Assembly: GCF_900605495.1 (NCBI RefSeq)
Contig: NZ_LR027602.1
Span: 514,456 to 578,455, forward strand
Source of the DNA: Bacilliculturomica massiliensis
Lineage (GTDB): Bacteria; Bacillota; Clostridia; Peptostreptococcales; Anaerovoracaceae
Length of the DNA: 64,000 nt
Direction of reading: 5' to 3'
A program made the position numbers and the translations under genes. The notes beneath the pieces were generated by a model. It did no database searches, was not told the origin of the DNA, and saw nothing but the letters and a program-made list of their open reading frames with translations. This document shows positions 28,641 through 37,631 of this stretch, piece by piece. Positions within the stretch are counted from its first letter, which is position 1; each line of letters opens with the position of its first letter.

Positions 28641-28736
28641 CGGCGGCAAAAAATGAAACTGCGGCATAAAGCAATATGACGTGATAATAAGATGTGAAAC
28701 AGGCGTATCTGCGCGGGAAAGGGGAGAGAACAGGAG

Positions 28737-28907
28737 ATGGTGGTAAGAATCAGAGAAGATGTGTGCAGAGGGTGTAAAATGTGTATCCGCATCTGTCCCT
28801 CCCGGGCCATCGAGATGAAGGGCAGCACGGCCTTCATTAACGGGAAATGCACGGGATGCGGCAGCTGCGTCTCTCTGTGCCCCATGGGGGCTATCGAGAA
28901 GGAATGA
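28737..28907 (+). CDS. Small 2x[4Fe-4S] ferredoxin (56 aa). It is absent from the ORF track because it is under 60 aa
   Basis: GGGGAGAGAACAGGAG then ATG. Translation MVVRIREDVCRGCKMCIRICPSRAIEMKGSTAFINGKCTGCGSCVSLCPMGAIEKE carries two CxxCxxCxxxCP motifs. Confidence 0.7.
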   Translation: MVVRIREDVCRGCKMCIRICPSRAIEMKGSTAFINGKCTGCGSCVSLCPMGAIEKE

Positions 28908-28948
28908 GAGAACAGGCCGCCCCATGGAATAGACGGAATTATAGAAGA

Positions 28949-28996
28949 GAACGCCCGGCAAAATTTATAAACTTTGCCGGGCGTTCTCTTTTTTAT
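28949..28996 (+). terminator. Rho-independent terminator after the small ferredoxin
   Basis: gaacgcccggcaaa then atttataaac then tttgccgggcgttc, followed by tcttttttat. Confidence 0.75.
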
Positions 28997-29114
28997 GGGC
29001 AATTCAGACAGCGCCGTTCCGCCTTCGGGCGGTCTGCCGCAGCGCGTTGGCCCGTTGCTGGACGGTCTGCCGCGCAGGTCCACGGCGTTGGCCTGCTGCA
29101 CAATTTTTTTTATT

Positions 29115-29172
29115 AATACTACGGCGCCCACCGAGATCTACATTCCCTCCCTACACGACGTTCTTCCGATCT
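29115..29172 (+). other. Illumina TruSeq universal (P5) adapter-like 58-mer, probable assembly or contamination artefact
   Basis: AATACTACGGCGCCCACCGAGATCTACATTCCCTCCCTACACGACGTTCTTCCGATCT matches AATGATACGGCGACCACCGAGATCTACACTCTTTCCCTACACGACGCTCTTCCGATCT at 51 of 58 positions. It is preceded by a poly-T run and by low-complexity ggtctgccgcag repeats. Confidence 0.75.
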
Positions 29173-29251
29173 GCCGCAGCAGTCCGGCCCGCGGCGGAGG
29201 AGTTCCGGCATACGGGTCCCCGCCGGATCTCCGAATGTCCGTCTGGCCGGA

Positions 29252-30766
29252 CTATATGCCTGCCAGCAGTTCCCTTGCTTCCGCGGTCAGCGGGATCAGA
29301 TCGTCCTTGTTGACGCAGGACAGGCGGAATTTTCTGTTCAGAGCCGCAAAATGCTGCAGTCCGAATGAAATTCTGTTTAAATAAGAGTAAACGCCTATGG
29401 CGCCGGTGGAGAACTCCGAGGCTTCTTTTCCGTAGAGATACCGCAGATCGGGGATATCGGCGAAGATCTCTTCAACGGAAGCGCCGAAGGATCGGAACAT
29501 GGGCGGGATCTCACCTGACCGGATCCGGCTGCCGATGCTTTTGCCGGTCATGGCCGCCGCCATGGAAGAACGGCACAGACCCACCGCCGCGATCTCTCCG
29601 TCCCCCAGGGCCAGCGCCTTATAGACCTGATCTTCCATGGAAAATCCGCCGGTAATGACCAGGGCGGGCAGTTGGAGCCCCTCTTTTTTCAATCTTTTCG
29701 CGATGCGCACCACCGTCGTTTCCAGCATGACGGCGGGCTGTCCCCATTCGTTCATCATTTTGCAGGGGCTGTACCCGCTGCCGCCGCCGGCTCCGTCAAA
29801 GGTGACCATATCCGCCTTTACGGAGGCGGCGATGCGTATGACGCGCTCCACGTCGGCGGAGTCGTACCCGGCCATCTTGAAATACACATTCTTCAGCCCC
29901 GCCCTGCGCAGGTCGGCGATGCGCCCGCTGAGATAGTCTTCATCCCACAGAGGAAGTCTGTCGTAGGAGTAGAAATTGGGGCACACATCCCGCCGGCAGG
30001 CGTCCTGGATCTCAGGGGAGGAGGGATCGGGATGCACCAGCACGCCTTCGGAGCGTTTTCGGAGAGCTTCCTCATAACCGCCCCTGAGCAGATGGGCGGG
30101 CTGCGTGCCTTTGGCAGACTGGCCGAATTTGAATTCGATGCCCTCTACATTGTGCGCGGTCACGGCGTATTCCGGCAGGCCGCAGAGATCGTCCTCCACA
30201 TTGCACTGCAGGATGATCTGGCCGTAGCCCCGATCGTATTTGCGGAAGGAATCTAAAATCTGTTTCAAAAAGGGAAAGCCGGTGATCTTTCCGTCCTGGT
30301 AGACAGCGTCGGGATCCTTGCTGCGGGAACCCTCTCCGATCACGCAGCTGACTCCTGCCATGGCCGCCCCGCCGAAGTAGTCCTGCCAATTGAGCTTGAT
30401 CAGGGCGGGAAGAATGATGGGAAGAGCCATTTTGACCGGATGGGTCTTGCCGTAGGTGACGCCCAGATCTACGTTGAATATCTGTGCCTGCTCATAGACC
30501 GGGGGAACGCCTTCGGCCCCGAAGACCCGTCCGTTGATGTTGAAAATGGAGTAATCGATGGGATAGTTCTTTTCTGACGCCACCTGATTGGAACCTGTGG
30601 TGGTGGGATAGACGGCCTGAGCGCCGAGTACTGCGGAAAGAGCTATCTCGCAGGTGCCGGGACATTCCTCCGTACAGAAGGAGCACATACCGGAGAGCGG
30701 CGATATCTGTTTACTGCGGTTCACGGTGTTGTTGAAGGCGGAGCCCAGACTGGGTGTAAAGGACAT
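29252..30766 (-). CDS. Glutamate synthase domain-2-like FMN-binding protein (GltB-related)
   Basis: Start at MSFTPSLG after AAGGAGGTAATAAA. N-terminal Cys cluster CSFCTEECPGTC and GltS FMN-domain-like sequence. 504 aa. Confidence 0.7.
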   Translation of the reverse strand: MSFTPSLGSAFNNTVNRSKQISPLSGMCSFCTEECPGTCEIALSAVLGAQAVYPTTTGSNQVASEKNYPIDYSIFNINGRVFGAEGVPPVYEQAQIFNVDLGVTYGKTHPVKMALPIILPALIKLNWQDYFGGAAMAGVSCVIGEGSRSKDPDAVYQDGKITGFPFLKQILDSFRKYDRGYGQIILQCNVEDDLCGLPEYAVTAHNVEGIEFKFGQSAKGTQPAHLLRGGYEEALRKRSEGVLVHPDPSSPEIQDACRRDVCPNFYSYDRLPLWDEDYLSGRIADLRRAGLKNVYFKMAGYDSADVERVIRIAASVKADMVTFDGAGGGSGYSPCKMMNEWGQPAVMLETTVVRIAKRLKKEGLQLPALVITGGFSMEDQVYKALALGDGEIAAVGLCRSSMAAAMTGKSIGSRIRSGEIPPMFRSFGASVEEIFADIPDLRYLYGKEASEFSTGAIGVYSYLNRISFGLQHFAALNRKFRLSCVNKDDLIPLTAEARELLAGI

Positions 30767-31045
30767 TTTATTACCTCCTTTATCAGAGTGCAAATGAAAG
30801 CAGTAGTGAAATTACCTGTAATATACCATATCAGCATTCTAAATGCAAAGCTGTATCAGGCGATACGCGGAAAAGGAAAATAAATATAATATGCCAAAAG
30901 AGAGCGCCGTTTGTATCTGCTGATACAACGGCGCCGCTTTCTTTGTGCTACATTTATCTAAATCAAACGGAACGCGCAGCGGCCGGTGCACAGGCTGCCG
31001 CGGGAAAGGAGACGAGAAATGTCCAGCCGTCATATCAGTCATAGA

Positions 31046-31085
31046 AAAGACCCAGAGCATCTGAATGGATGCTCTGGGTCTTTTA
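31046..31085. terminator. Bidirectional hairpin terminator (aaagacccagagcatc...gatgctctgggtctttt)
   Basis: 16-bp perfect stem with T/A runs on both sides. It lies downstream of the flotillin gene on the minus strand. Confidence 0.7.
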
Positions 31086-31171
31086 CAGCCGGTTTCTGTC
31101 TTTATTGTCTTGATTGACTTTATTGGCTTTATCGGCTTCGCTGGCCTGATGATTTTGATGCATTAGCCTGC

Positions 31172-31220
31172 GATCTGTTCTGCCGGTGATCTTTTTTGCC
31201 GGTGATCTTTTTTGCCGGTC
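31172..31220 (+). repeat. 16-bp tandem repeat (tgccggtgatcttttt), about 2.5 copies, just downstream of the flotillin stop
   Basis: ctgccggtgatcttttttgccggtgatcttttttgccggtcatc. Confidence 0.7.
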
Positions 31221-31232
31221 ATCATCGGACGA

Positions 31233-32768
31233 TCATCGTCTCAGCCTGGGCCGCGTTACGCGGGGGCCTGTTTCCTCCGTGTTCTCGGCGCCGGGCACCG
31301 GGGCGGACACGGAGACGGAGCTGGATGACGCCGCGGAAGCGGCTTTCGGCGCGGGACCCTTCAGGTCCGCGCTGTCCACTGTGGGAGCGGCCGGCGCGTC
31401 TTTTTCAGACAGTACATCCGCCGATACCACATCGGCTCCTTCCAGGTCTTTTCCCAGGAAGTCGGGCAGCTCCATACCAGCCTGACGGAACAATTCGTTC
31501 ATAGGCGGGATGGATTTCATCATGCCGGAGAGAAAATTCGCCGTGGCGGTCTTTCCGTCGCCGGCCGCGCCGTTGTTGCTGTCCCAGACGGTGACCTTGT
31601 CGATCTTGATATTCTTGATGGCTTCCACCTGGATCCTGGTGAGGTCCTCCAGTTTGTCTGCGATCATCAGCTTGACGGCGGCGTCTGCATTGTCGCCTGC
31701 CGCTGCTACGAGACTCTTGATACCGGCGGCCTGACGTTCCAGGATCTCCTGGGCGCCGCGGGCTTCCGCTTCCATCTTGGCGAAGATGGCGTCGGCTTCA
31801 CCGCGGGCTTTACGGCGCAGGACTTCAGCTTCCGCCTCAGCGGAGATCTCGGCCTGCTGTTTTTTGATCTGTGCGGTAACGATGACGTCGGCCTGCTGAG
31901 TGGCTGTTTCCAGCTGAGCACGGGTCTGCTCTGCTTCCTGCTGAGCGATATAGGCTTCCTGTTTCGCCTTCGCAGCCTGAACGGCCTCGGCGGCGGTAGC
32001 GATCTTCAGGGCTTCCGCTTCTTTTTCTCTTCTGTTGGCTTCGGACTGAGCCACGTTGATCTTCGCGGTGTTTTCACCGTCGATGGCTGCAGCGTTGGCT
32101 GCGGCTACGTTGATACGCTGATCTCTGCGGGCGTTGGCCTGACCGATCTCTCCGTCTCTGTCCTTCTCTGCCACGCTCTTTTTCGCATCGTTGATAGCCT
32201 TGGCGGCCGCTTCCTTACCCAGCGCTTCGATGTAGCCGGACTCGTCGTTGATGTCGGTGACGTTTACGTTGATCAGACGAAGACCGATCTTTTTCAGTTC
32301 GATCTCTACGTTGTTGGAGACGGCGATGAGGAACTTGTCTCTGTCCGTGTTGATCTCCTCGATGTCCATGGTGGCGATGACCAGACGCAGCTGTCCGAAG
32401 ATAATGTCCTTGGCCAGCTCCTGGATCTCAGCCAGCTTCAGGCCCAGCAGACGTTCGGCGGCGTTCTGCATGACGCCGGATTCCACAGAGATGCCCACGG
32501 TGAAGCGGGACGGAACGTCTACACGGATATTCTGCTTGGACAGAGCGTTTTTCAGATCCACGTTGATGGACATGGGCGTCAGGTCCAGATACTGATAGGA
32601 CTGGAGGACGGGAATGATGAAAGCGGCTCCGCCGTGGATGCAGCGGGCGCTTCTGGTGGAACCGTCCTTGTTGGCCCCCACCTTACCGTAGATGACGAGG
32701 ACCTTGTCGGAAGGGCACTTCCGGTACCGCGAGAGAATGGCGATGATCGCTGCCAGCAGGACCAGCAC
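31233..32768 (-). CDS. floT: Flotillin-like SPFH/Band-7 protein (FloT/YuaG-like)
   Basis: N-terminal TM segment, SPFH domain, long Ala/Glu-rich coiled coil (EA repeats) and a C-terminal flotillin tail. The track start is GTG at 32768 with no SD. A strong AGGAGG at 32817..32812 precedes in-frame ATT codons at 32807 and 32804 (see the flotillin start-site finding). Confidence 0.85.
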   Translation of the reverse strand: MLVLLAAIIAILSRYRKCPSDKVLVIYGKVGANKDGSTRSARCIHGGAAFIIPVLQSYQYLDLTPMSINVDLKNALSKQNIRVDVPSRFTVGISVESGVMQNAAERLLGLKLAEIQELAKDIIFGQLRLVIATMDIEEINTDRDKFLIAVSNNVEIELKKIGLRLINVNVTDINDESGYIEALGKEAAAKAINDAKKSVAEKDRDGEIGQANARRDQRINVAAANAAAIDGENTAKINVAQSEANRREKEAEALKIATAAEAVQAAKAKQEAYIAQQEAEQTRAQLETATQQADVIVTAQIKKQQAEISAEAEAEVLRRKARGEADAIFAKMEAEARGAQEILERQAAGIKSLVAAAGDNADAAVKLMIADKLEDLTRIQVEAIKNIKIDKVTVWDSNNGAAGDGKTATANFLSGMMKSIPPMNELFRQAGMELPDFLGKDLEGADVVSADVLSEKDAPAAPTVDSADLKGPAPKAASAASSSSVSVSAPVPGAENTEETGPRVTRPRLRR

Positions 32769-32913
32769 GATAACGCATACTGAGATAATTACTCCAAAAC
32801 CAATAATTCTTCCTCCTGATTTTCAGATACCACTTGATACTGTTTTTTATGCCGCCGGCCCAATGTGCGGCGAAACGCCGGAAACCGGGCGGGCCAACGG
32901 TTTAAGGATAAAA

Positions 32914-33660
32914 TTAGTTATCTTCCTCCGCGACGAGAACGCCGTTTCGGAAATCTACGATGCGCACCGCCGCCCCCGTGGGCAGGGTGTTGTCGCCGTC
33001 AGTCACCGCCTCGCATTCCAGAAAACGTCCCTGGAGATAGACGGTCAGCTTGCCTTCGCCTTTGCCTCTGGGCGGGATGGGAATGTATACTTTGCCCGTC
33101 TCGCCGATGGCGTTTTTGATATCCACGTTGCCGCTCTCCGTCAGCTTGCGGGAGACCTGAACCAGTTTGGCGATGGCAAACATGGCGATCAGCCCGAAGA
33201 GGATGCCCAGCACCACGCTCAGCGTAGTATTGGCTCCCGAGGTGATCGAGGCGATGGAGGACCAGCCGAAGACTGTCATGAAGGCCACGATGCCCTGAAG
33301 GGTGAACAGTCTCAGCGTGGAGAGATCGGCGGGGTTGCCGCCGTCGGTAAAGTGCTGGCCTCCCTGCACATTGCCCATGTCCGTCGCGTCGGCGATCTCT
33401 CCCATGTCGGGAGCTCCGTCAAAGGAGACGTCCACCTGCCCGGCGTCAAAGCCGCCGGACGCCGCGGAGACATCCAGGCCTCCCGAGTCCATGCCGCTCA
33501 GATCCAGTCCGGATGTGTCGCTGACGTCGACTCCCGCGCCGCTGTCCATACCGCCCAGCATGGACATAATGGTCTGGATGACCAGGATGAGCGTGGACGG
33601 AACCGCAACGCAGTACAGAACCTTGACAAGAGTATCCAGACTATTCCACCATTCAATCAT
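32914..33660 (-). CDS. nfeD: NfeD-family membrane protein (YuaF-like flotillin partner)
   Basis: N-terminal TM, Gly/Asp-rich linker, TM helices and a C-terminal OB-fold (KGEGKLTVYLQGRFLECEA). It lies directly upstream of floT on the same strand. Confidence 0.75.
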   Translation of the reverse strand: MIEWWNSLDTLVKVLYCVAVPSTLILVIQTIMSMLGGMDSGAGVDVSDTSGLDLSGMDSGGLDVSAASGGFDAGQVDVSFDGAPDMGEIADATDMGNVQGGQHFTDGGNPADLSTLRLFTLQGIVAFMTVFGWSSIASITSGANTTLSVVLGILFGLIAMFAIAKLVQVSRKLTESGNVDIKNAIGETGKVYIPIPPRGKGEGKLTVYLQGRFLECEAVTDGDNTLPTGAAVRIVDFRNGVLVAEEDN

Positions 33661-33871
33661 TGTAAACCCTCCTTCTGTACTGTGATGACACTGTATCGAA
33701 ATCTGTCGAATGTGAGATGAAAATGTTTGAAATGTAAATTTTATTTACCTAAATTATAGACGAATAAAAATGTGGTGTCAATATGACTTTTTATTTTTTA
33801 TAAGGGACATGTCTTGAAATTTAAGGATTTTTGGGAGACGCACGGGTGCGTGGAAAGAGAGGAAAAAGTTC

Positions 33872-33900
33872 TTGCAATTGCCGCCAGCCTTTGCTACAAT
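33872..33900 (+). promoter_or_regulatory. Sigma-A-type promoter (TTGCAA, 17-nt spacer, TACAAT) for the XRE regulator gene
   Basis: ttgcaattgccgccagcctttgctacaat with 17-nt spacing. Confidence 0.45.
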
Positions 33901-33945
33901 AAAGGTAAATCAGATTTACTCAAACAAAAATGAAAAAGGCTGGAG

Positions 33946-34509
33946 ATGAAGGTCATGGATGCTGCCGAATTAGGAAAGAGAATAAAGGAAGCGCGGCTGG
34001 CCAGAAAGATGACGCAGAGCGAAGTCGTGGGCGATTTTATCACGAGGAACATGCTCAGTCAGATCGAGGGCGGCACGGCTACTCCTTCGATCCGCACGCT
34101 GGAGTACCTCTGCGAGGTACTGAACGTGCCGATGAAGCAGCTTGTAGTGGATAGTCCGGAGGATGAGCTGGATCTGCTCCTGCGGGCGAAGGGCCTGCTG
34201 AGCAAAGGGGAATACGCCAGGACGATCGAGCTGTGCCGGGGCTATCCAAAAGAACTGTCCGACGAGTTCTGCGCCATTCTGGCGCGGGCTTGTCTGGGAA
34301 ACGCCAGGAAGGAGGCCGCACAGGGGAATCTGAAAGAAGCGGCGGCTTTGACGGAGAGCGCTTTGGATCATTCGCAAAAGGGGATTTATGCCAACGATAC
34401 ATTGAAAACGGAAGCGCTCCTGTTTTTGAACGAAGTGGCGGAAAAGCTGAGCAGCTACTATCTGAAACGGATCGGGGAAAACAGCGGAGCAGGATCGGAA
34501 AATCACTGA
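33946..34509 (+). CDS. XRE-family HTH transcriptional regulator with a C-terminal helical (TPR-like) domain
   Basis: The HTH_3 pattern is present (LGKRIKEARLARKMTQSEVVGDFITRNMLSQIEGG). Confidence 0.75.
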   Translation: MKVMDAAELGKRIKEARLARKMTQSEVVGDFITRNMLSQIEGGTATPSIRTLEYLCEVLNVPMKQLVVDSPEDELDLLLRAKGLLSKGEYARTIELCRGYPKELSDEFCAILARACLGNARKEAAQGNLKEAAALTESALDHSQKGIYANDTLKTEALLFLNEVAEKLSSYYLKRIGENSGAGSENH

Positions 34510-34979
34510 GATCAAGGCTTGTCAGGTGGGCGACAGATGGGATCGCGCCCAGGGGTCGGGTTGTTTGTCAGGGGAAAGTATAAGAGCTGGATAAAATTGT
34601 TTGGGTAAAAAGAGGATATCGCGGGAACAAAATCCCGGGATAGGTAGTCAAAAAAGGGTACGCACTGAAAAGCGCGGCCCTTTTTTGTCGCCGCCGTACG
34701 GTTGGACGCCTGTGTGGGCAAGCTGCGGCGGACGCGCCGCAGGGAATAAGGCGAGGCGGACGCGCCGCGGCGAATAAGCTGAGGCGGGCGAGGCTTGGTG
34801 ATACGGCCGCCTGCGCTGCGGCGTCCCGCAGGGTTCTGCGGAGGCGACACGCGGTGGCGGTCGTGGCGCGCAGTGGTAAGGCGCTGCGGCGGATAAGACA
34901 CTGCGGTGGACAAAATGCTGCGGTGGACGCGCTGGTGCGAATAATGAAAATCATAGAGAAATGGAAAGAGGAGAACAAA

Positions 34980-35708
34980 ATGAAAAAGAGATTATTTGCC
35001 GCTCTGCTGGCGTTTACACTGGTGTTTGGTCTGGGGGCCTGCGGGTCCGGAGACGGGAAAGATCCTGAGAACGGGCAGAAGCCGGGAGTGGAGCAGGGAG
35101 AAGATGACGGGAACGGAGGAGACGAAGATCAGTCCGCTGACGGGGACGTGGGCGCTCCGGACGGAGACGCCGGCGGCGATGCAGACAGCGGATCCGGCGG
35201 ACCGCAGACCGGCGGGAGCGGCGACGCAGATAAACCGTCTCAGGGAGCGCCGAAACCGGGCGGAACGCAGGGAAATACTTCCGGGGGCAGTGGCTCCCAG
35301 AGTGGAAACACGTCCGCAAAGCCGGCGATCAGCGGCAGTTTCAGCGAGATCATCAAAAATATTTACGACAAGACAGGCTACGATGTGCAGACATCCGAGA
35401 CAGAGGTGACCGCGGACAACGCCGAATACTATCTGGGCAGCAGCGACATTAAATTTAAAAAAGCTCTGGCCTCAGAACCTATGATGTCGTCCATCGCACA
35501 CTCCGTCGTTCTTCTGGAGGCAGAGGACGGCGCCGATCTGGCGGCTATAAAGAAAAAGATCAAAGAAAACGTCAATGGTTATAAGTGGGTGTGCGTAGGC
35601 GTGGAAGACGAGAATATCCTCGTGGGAAATGTGGGAAACTATATCCTGCTGGTAATGGATGAAGACGCGCAGAGCTTCATGGATGCCTTCACGGCCATGG
35701 GGAAATAA
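34980..35708 (+). CDS. Lipoprotein with a Gly/Asp/Ser-rich linker and a C-terminal globular (DUF4358-like) domain
   Basis: MKKRLFAALLAFTLVFGLGACG carries a lipobox. Start after GAAAGAGGAGAA. The annotated upstream extension (34854) is unlikely. Confidence 0.7.
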   Translation: MKKRLFAALLAFTLVFGLGACGSGDGKDPENGQKPGVEQGEDDGNGGDEDQSADGDVGAPDGDAGGDADSGSGGPQTGGSGDADKPSQGAPKPGGTQGNTSGGSGSQSGNTSAKPAISGSFSEIIKNIYDKTGYDVQTSETEVTADNAEYYLGSSDIKFKKALASEPMMSSIAHSVVLLEAEDGADLAAIKKKIKENVNGYKWVCVGVEDENILVGNVGNYILLVMDEDAQSFMDAFTAMGK

Positions 35709-36016
35709 GCCGTCCATAACCAACGGCGCCGACGGGACAGAGCGGCGCAGAGCGCAGAGAATAGCGGCGTTCAGAGAGAATGGCGCCGCGGACTGCGCAG
35801 TTCCAGTTGGAGAGAATGGGACCGGCCGGAGCTAAAGTTGCGAAAGGAATGAGCAGTTCAGCCGGAGAGAACGGCGTCGGCCGGAGCTGAGGCAACGAGC
35901 CGAAAGAATTGAGAGATTCCGGCCGGAACGCATTGAATCGGCCGGACAGGATGACGCCGGCCGGAAGGCCGGCGTTCGCTGTCCCGAAAAAATGAAAGAG
36001 AAAGAGAGAGAATTCC

Positions 36017-37579
36017 GTGCTGTTTTCAAGTGTGAGTTTTATTTACTGTTTCCTGCCGGTGTTTCTGGCGGCGTATTTCGTCGTCCCGGCCCGGCTGAAA
36101 AACGGGGTTCTGCTGTTGTTCAGCCTGATCTTTTACTTTGCGGGCGAGCCCGTATATATATGGATCCTTCTGTTGTCTTCCGTATCTGACTACCTGCACG
36201 GCAGGTTCATCGGGAGCAGACCGGGCACTCCGGCGGCCAGGGCGGCGCTGGTATCCTCCATCGCCGTCAATATCGGACTTCTGAGCTTTTTCAAATACTC
36301 GGATTTTTTTATCAATACTGTGAATTCGCTGACGGGAAGCGGGTTGGAACCGCTGGGACTGGCGCTGCCTCTGGGGATCAGCTTCTACACGTTTCAGACC
36401 ATGAGCTACACCATCGATGTGTATCGGGGAGAAGTGCCGGCGCAGAAAAGCCTGTCTGACTTCGCCGCTTATGTCACCATGTTTCCACAGTTGGTAGCGG
36501 GACCGATCGTGCGCTACCGCACCGTGGCGGAGGAACTGGAATACAGGAAAGCGTCCTTTGGCGGCTTCGCGCTGGGCGTCCGTCGGTTTACCGTAGGACT
36601 TTCAAAGAAAGTTCTGCTTGCAAACGCCCTGGGTCAGCTGGCTGAGGCAGCGGCGGAAGGGACTGCCGGCGAACCGTCGGTGCTGCTCTACTGGCTGGGA
36701 GCGCTGGGCTTTATGATGCAGATCTATTTCGACTTTTCGGGTTATAGCGACATGGCCATCGGACTGGGCGCCATGATGGGATTTACCTTTCCGGAAAATT
36801 TTCGTTATCCTTTCACCGCCAGAAGCGTGACAGAATTCTGGAAGAGGTGGCATATGACGCTGGGCGGCTGGTTCCGGGATTATGTGTACATCCCTATGGG
36901 CGGCAACAGGAAAGGCCGGCTGCGTTGGATCTTCAACGTGTTTGTCGTCTGGTTCCTCACCGGCTTCTGGCACGGAGCCGGATGGAATTTTATCCTGTGG
37001 GGTCTATACTTCGCCGTGCTGTTGTGTCTGGAAAAATTTGTGTTCCGGATCTTTCTGGGAAAATGGGCGGTGACAGATCGGATCTATACGCTGCTGGTGC
37101 TGGTCGTCAGTTTCGTGATCTTTGATTCGGTGGATGTGGCTCAGATCCCGGTGCGGATCAAAGGAATGCTGGGTATAGGAAGTACGCTCACAGGTAATCC
37201 CGCCGCGGTCCTGCCCCTGTGGAACGATTATGGAGTCTATTACCTGAAAAGCTACGCGGTTTTGCTGGCGGTCTCCGTCTTCGCGTCCACTCCGGCTCTG
37301 GCGCTGATCTGCGGAAAGCTGGATCGTCTGGCGCGTGGGGGATCGGAGGATGGAACGGAAGGTACTGCGGCCGGCAGGATTGTGGGCGGTCCGGAAGATA
37401 CCATGGAACTCAAAGGGAAGGAAGATACCAAACTGCAGACGAAAACCGGGAGAAAAAGCCGGGCGGCACAGGTGCTTCTTGCGGTGGGAGAGCCGGTCGT
37501 GTTGACAGCGCTGCTGCTGCTCTGCACTGCGTATATCGTTGATTCTTCCTTCAATCCGTTTTTGTATTTCCGATTTTAG
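36017..37579 (+). CDS. MBOAT-family membrane-bound O-acyltransferase (AlgI/DltB/PatA-like)
   Basis: Multi-TM protein with the conserved FWKRWHMTLGGWFRDYVYIP histidine motif. 520 aa. Confidence 0.85.
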   Translation: MLFSSVSFIYCFLPVFLAAYFVVPARLKNGVLLLFSLIFYFAGEPVYIWILLLSSVSDYLHGRFIGSRPGTPAARAALVSSIAVNIGLLSFFKYSDFFINTVNSLTGSGLEPLGLALPLGISFYTFQTMSYTIDVYRGEVPAQKSLSDFAAYVTMFPQLVAGPIVRYRTVAEELEYRKASFGGFALGVRRFTVGLSKKVLLANALGQLAEAAAEGTAGEPSVLLYWLGALGFMMQIYFDFSGYSDMAIGLGAMMGFTFPENFRYPFTARSVTEFWKRWHMTLGGWFRDYVYIPMGGNRKGRLRWIFNVFVVWFLTGFWHGAGWNFILWGLYFAVLLCLEKFVFRIFLGKWAVTDRIYTLLVLVVSFVIFDSVDVAQIPVRIKGMLGIGSTLTGNPAAVLPLWNDYGVYYLKSYAVLLAVSVFASTPALALICGKLDRLARGGSEDGTEGTAAGRIVGGPEDTMELKGKEDTKLQTKTGRKSRAAQVLLAVGEPVVLTALLLLCTAYIVDSSFNPFLYFRF

Positions 37580-37631
37580 CGGAAATGGTCCACGGCCTTC
37601 AGGCAGCTGGATCCGCAAGAGAGGAGAGTAA

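Noticed and set aside
28974-29384. ORFs of 136 aa and 88 aa spanning the adapter-like region
   Set aside because: They overlap the adapter-derived sequence and low-complexity repeats. Their translations are Arg/Pro-rich and there is no RBS.
34700-34960. Degenerate GC-rich direct repeats (ctgcggcgg / gaataag..gaggcgg) upstream of the lipoprotein gene
   Set aside because: The imperfect repeats have no clear periodicity or pairing. They look like low-complexity GC-rich DNA rather than a defined element.
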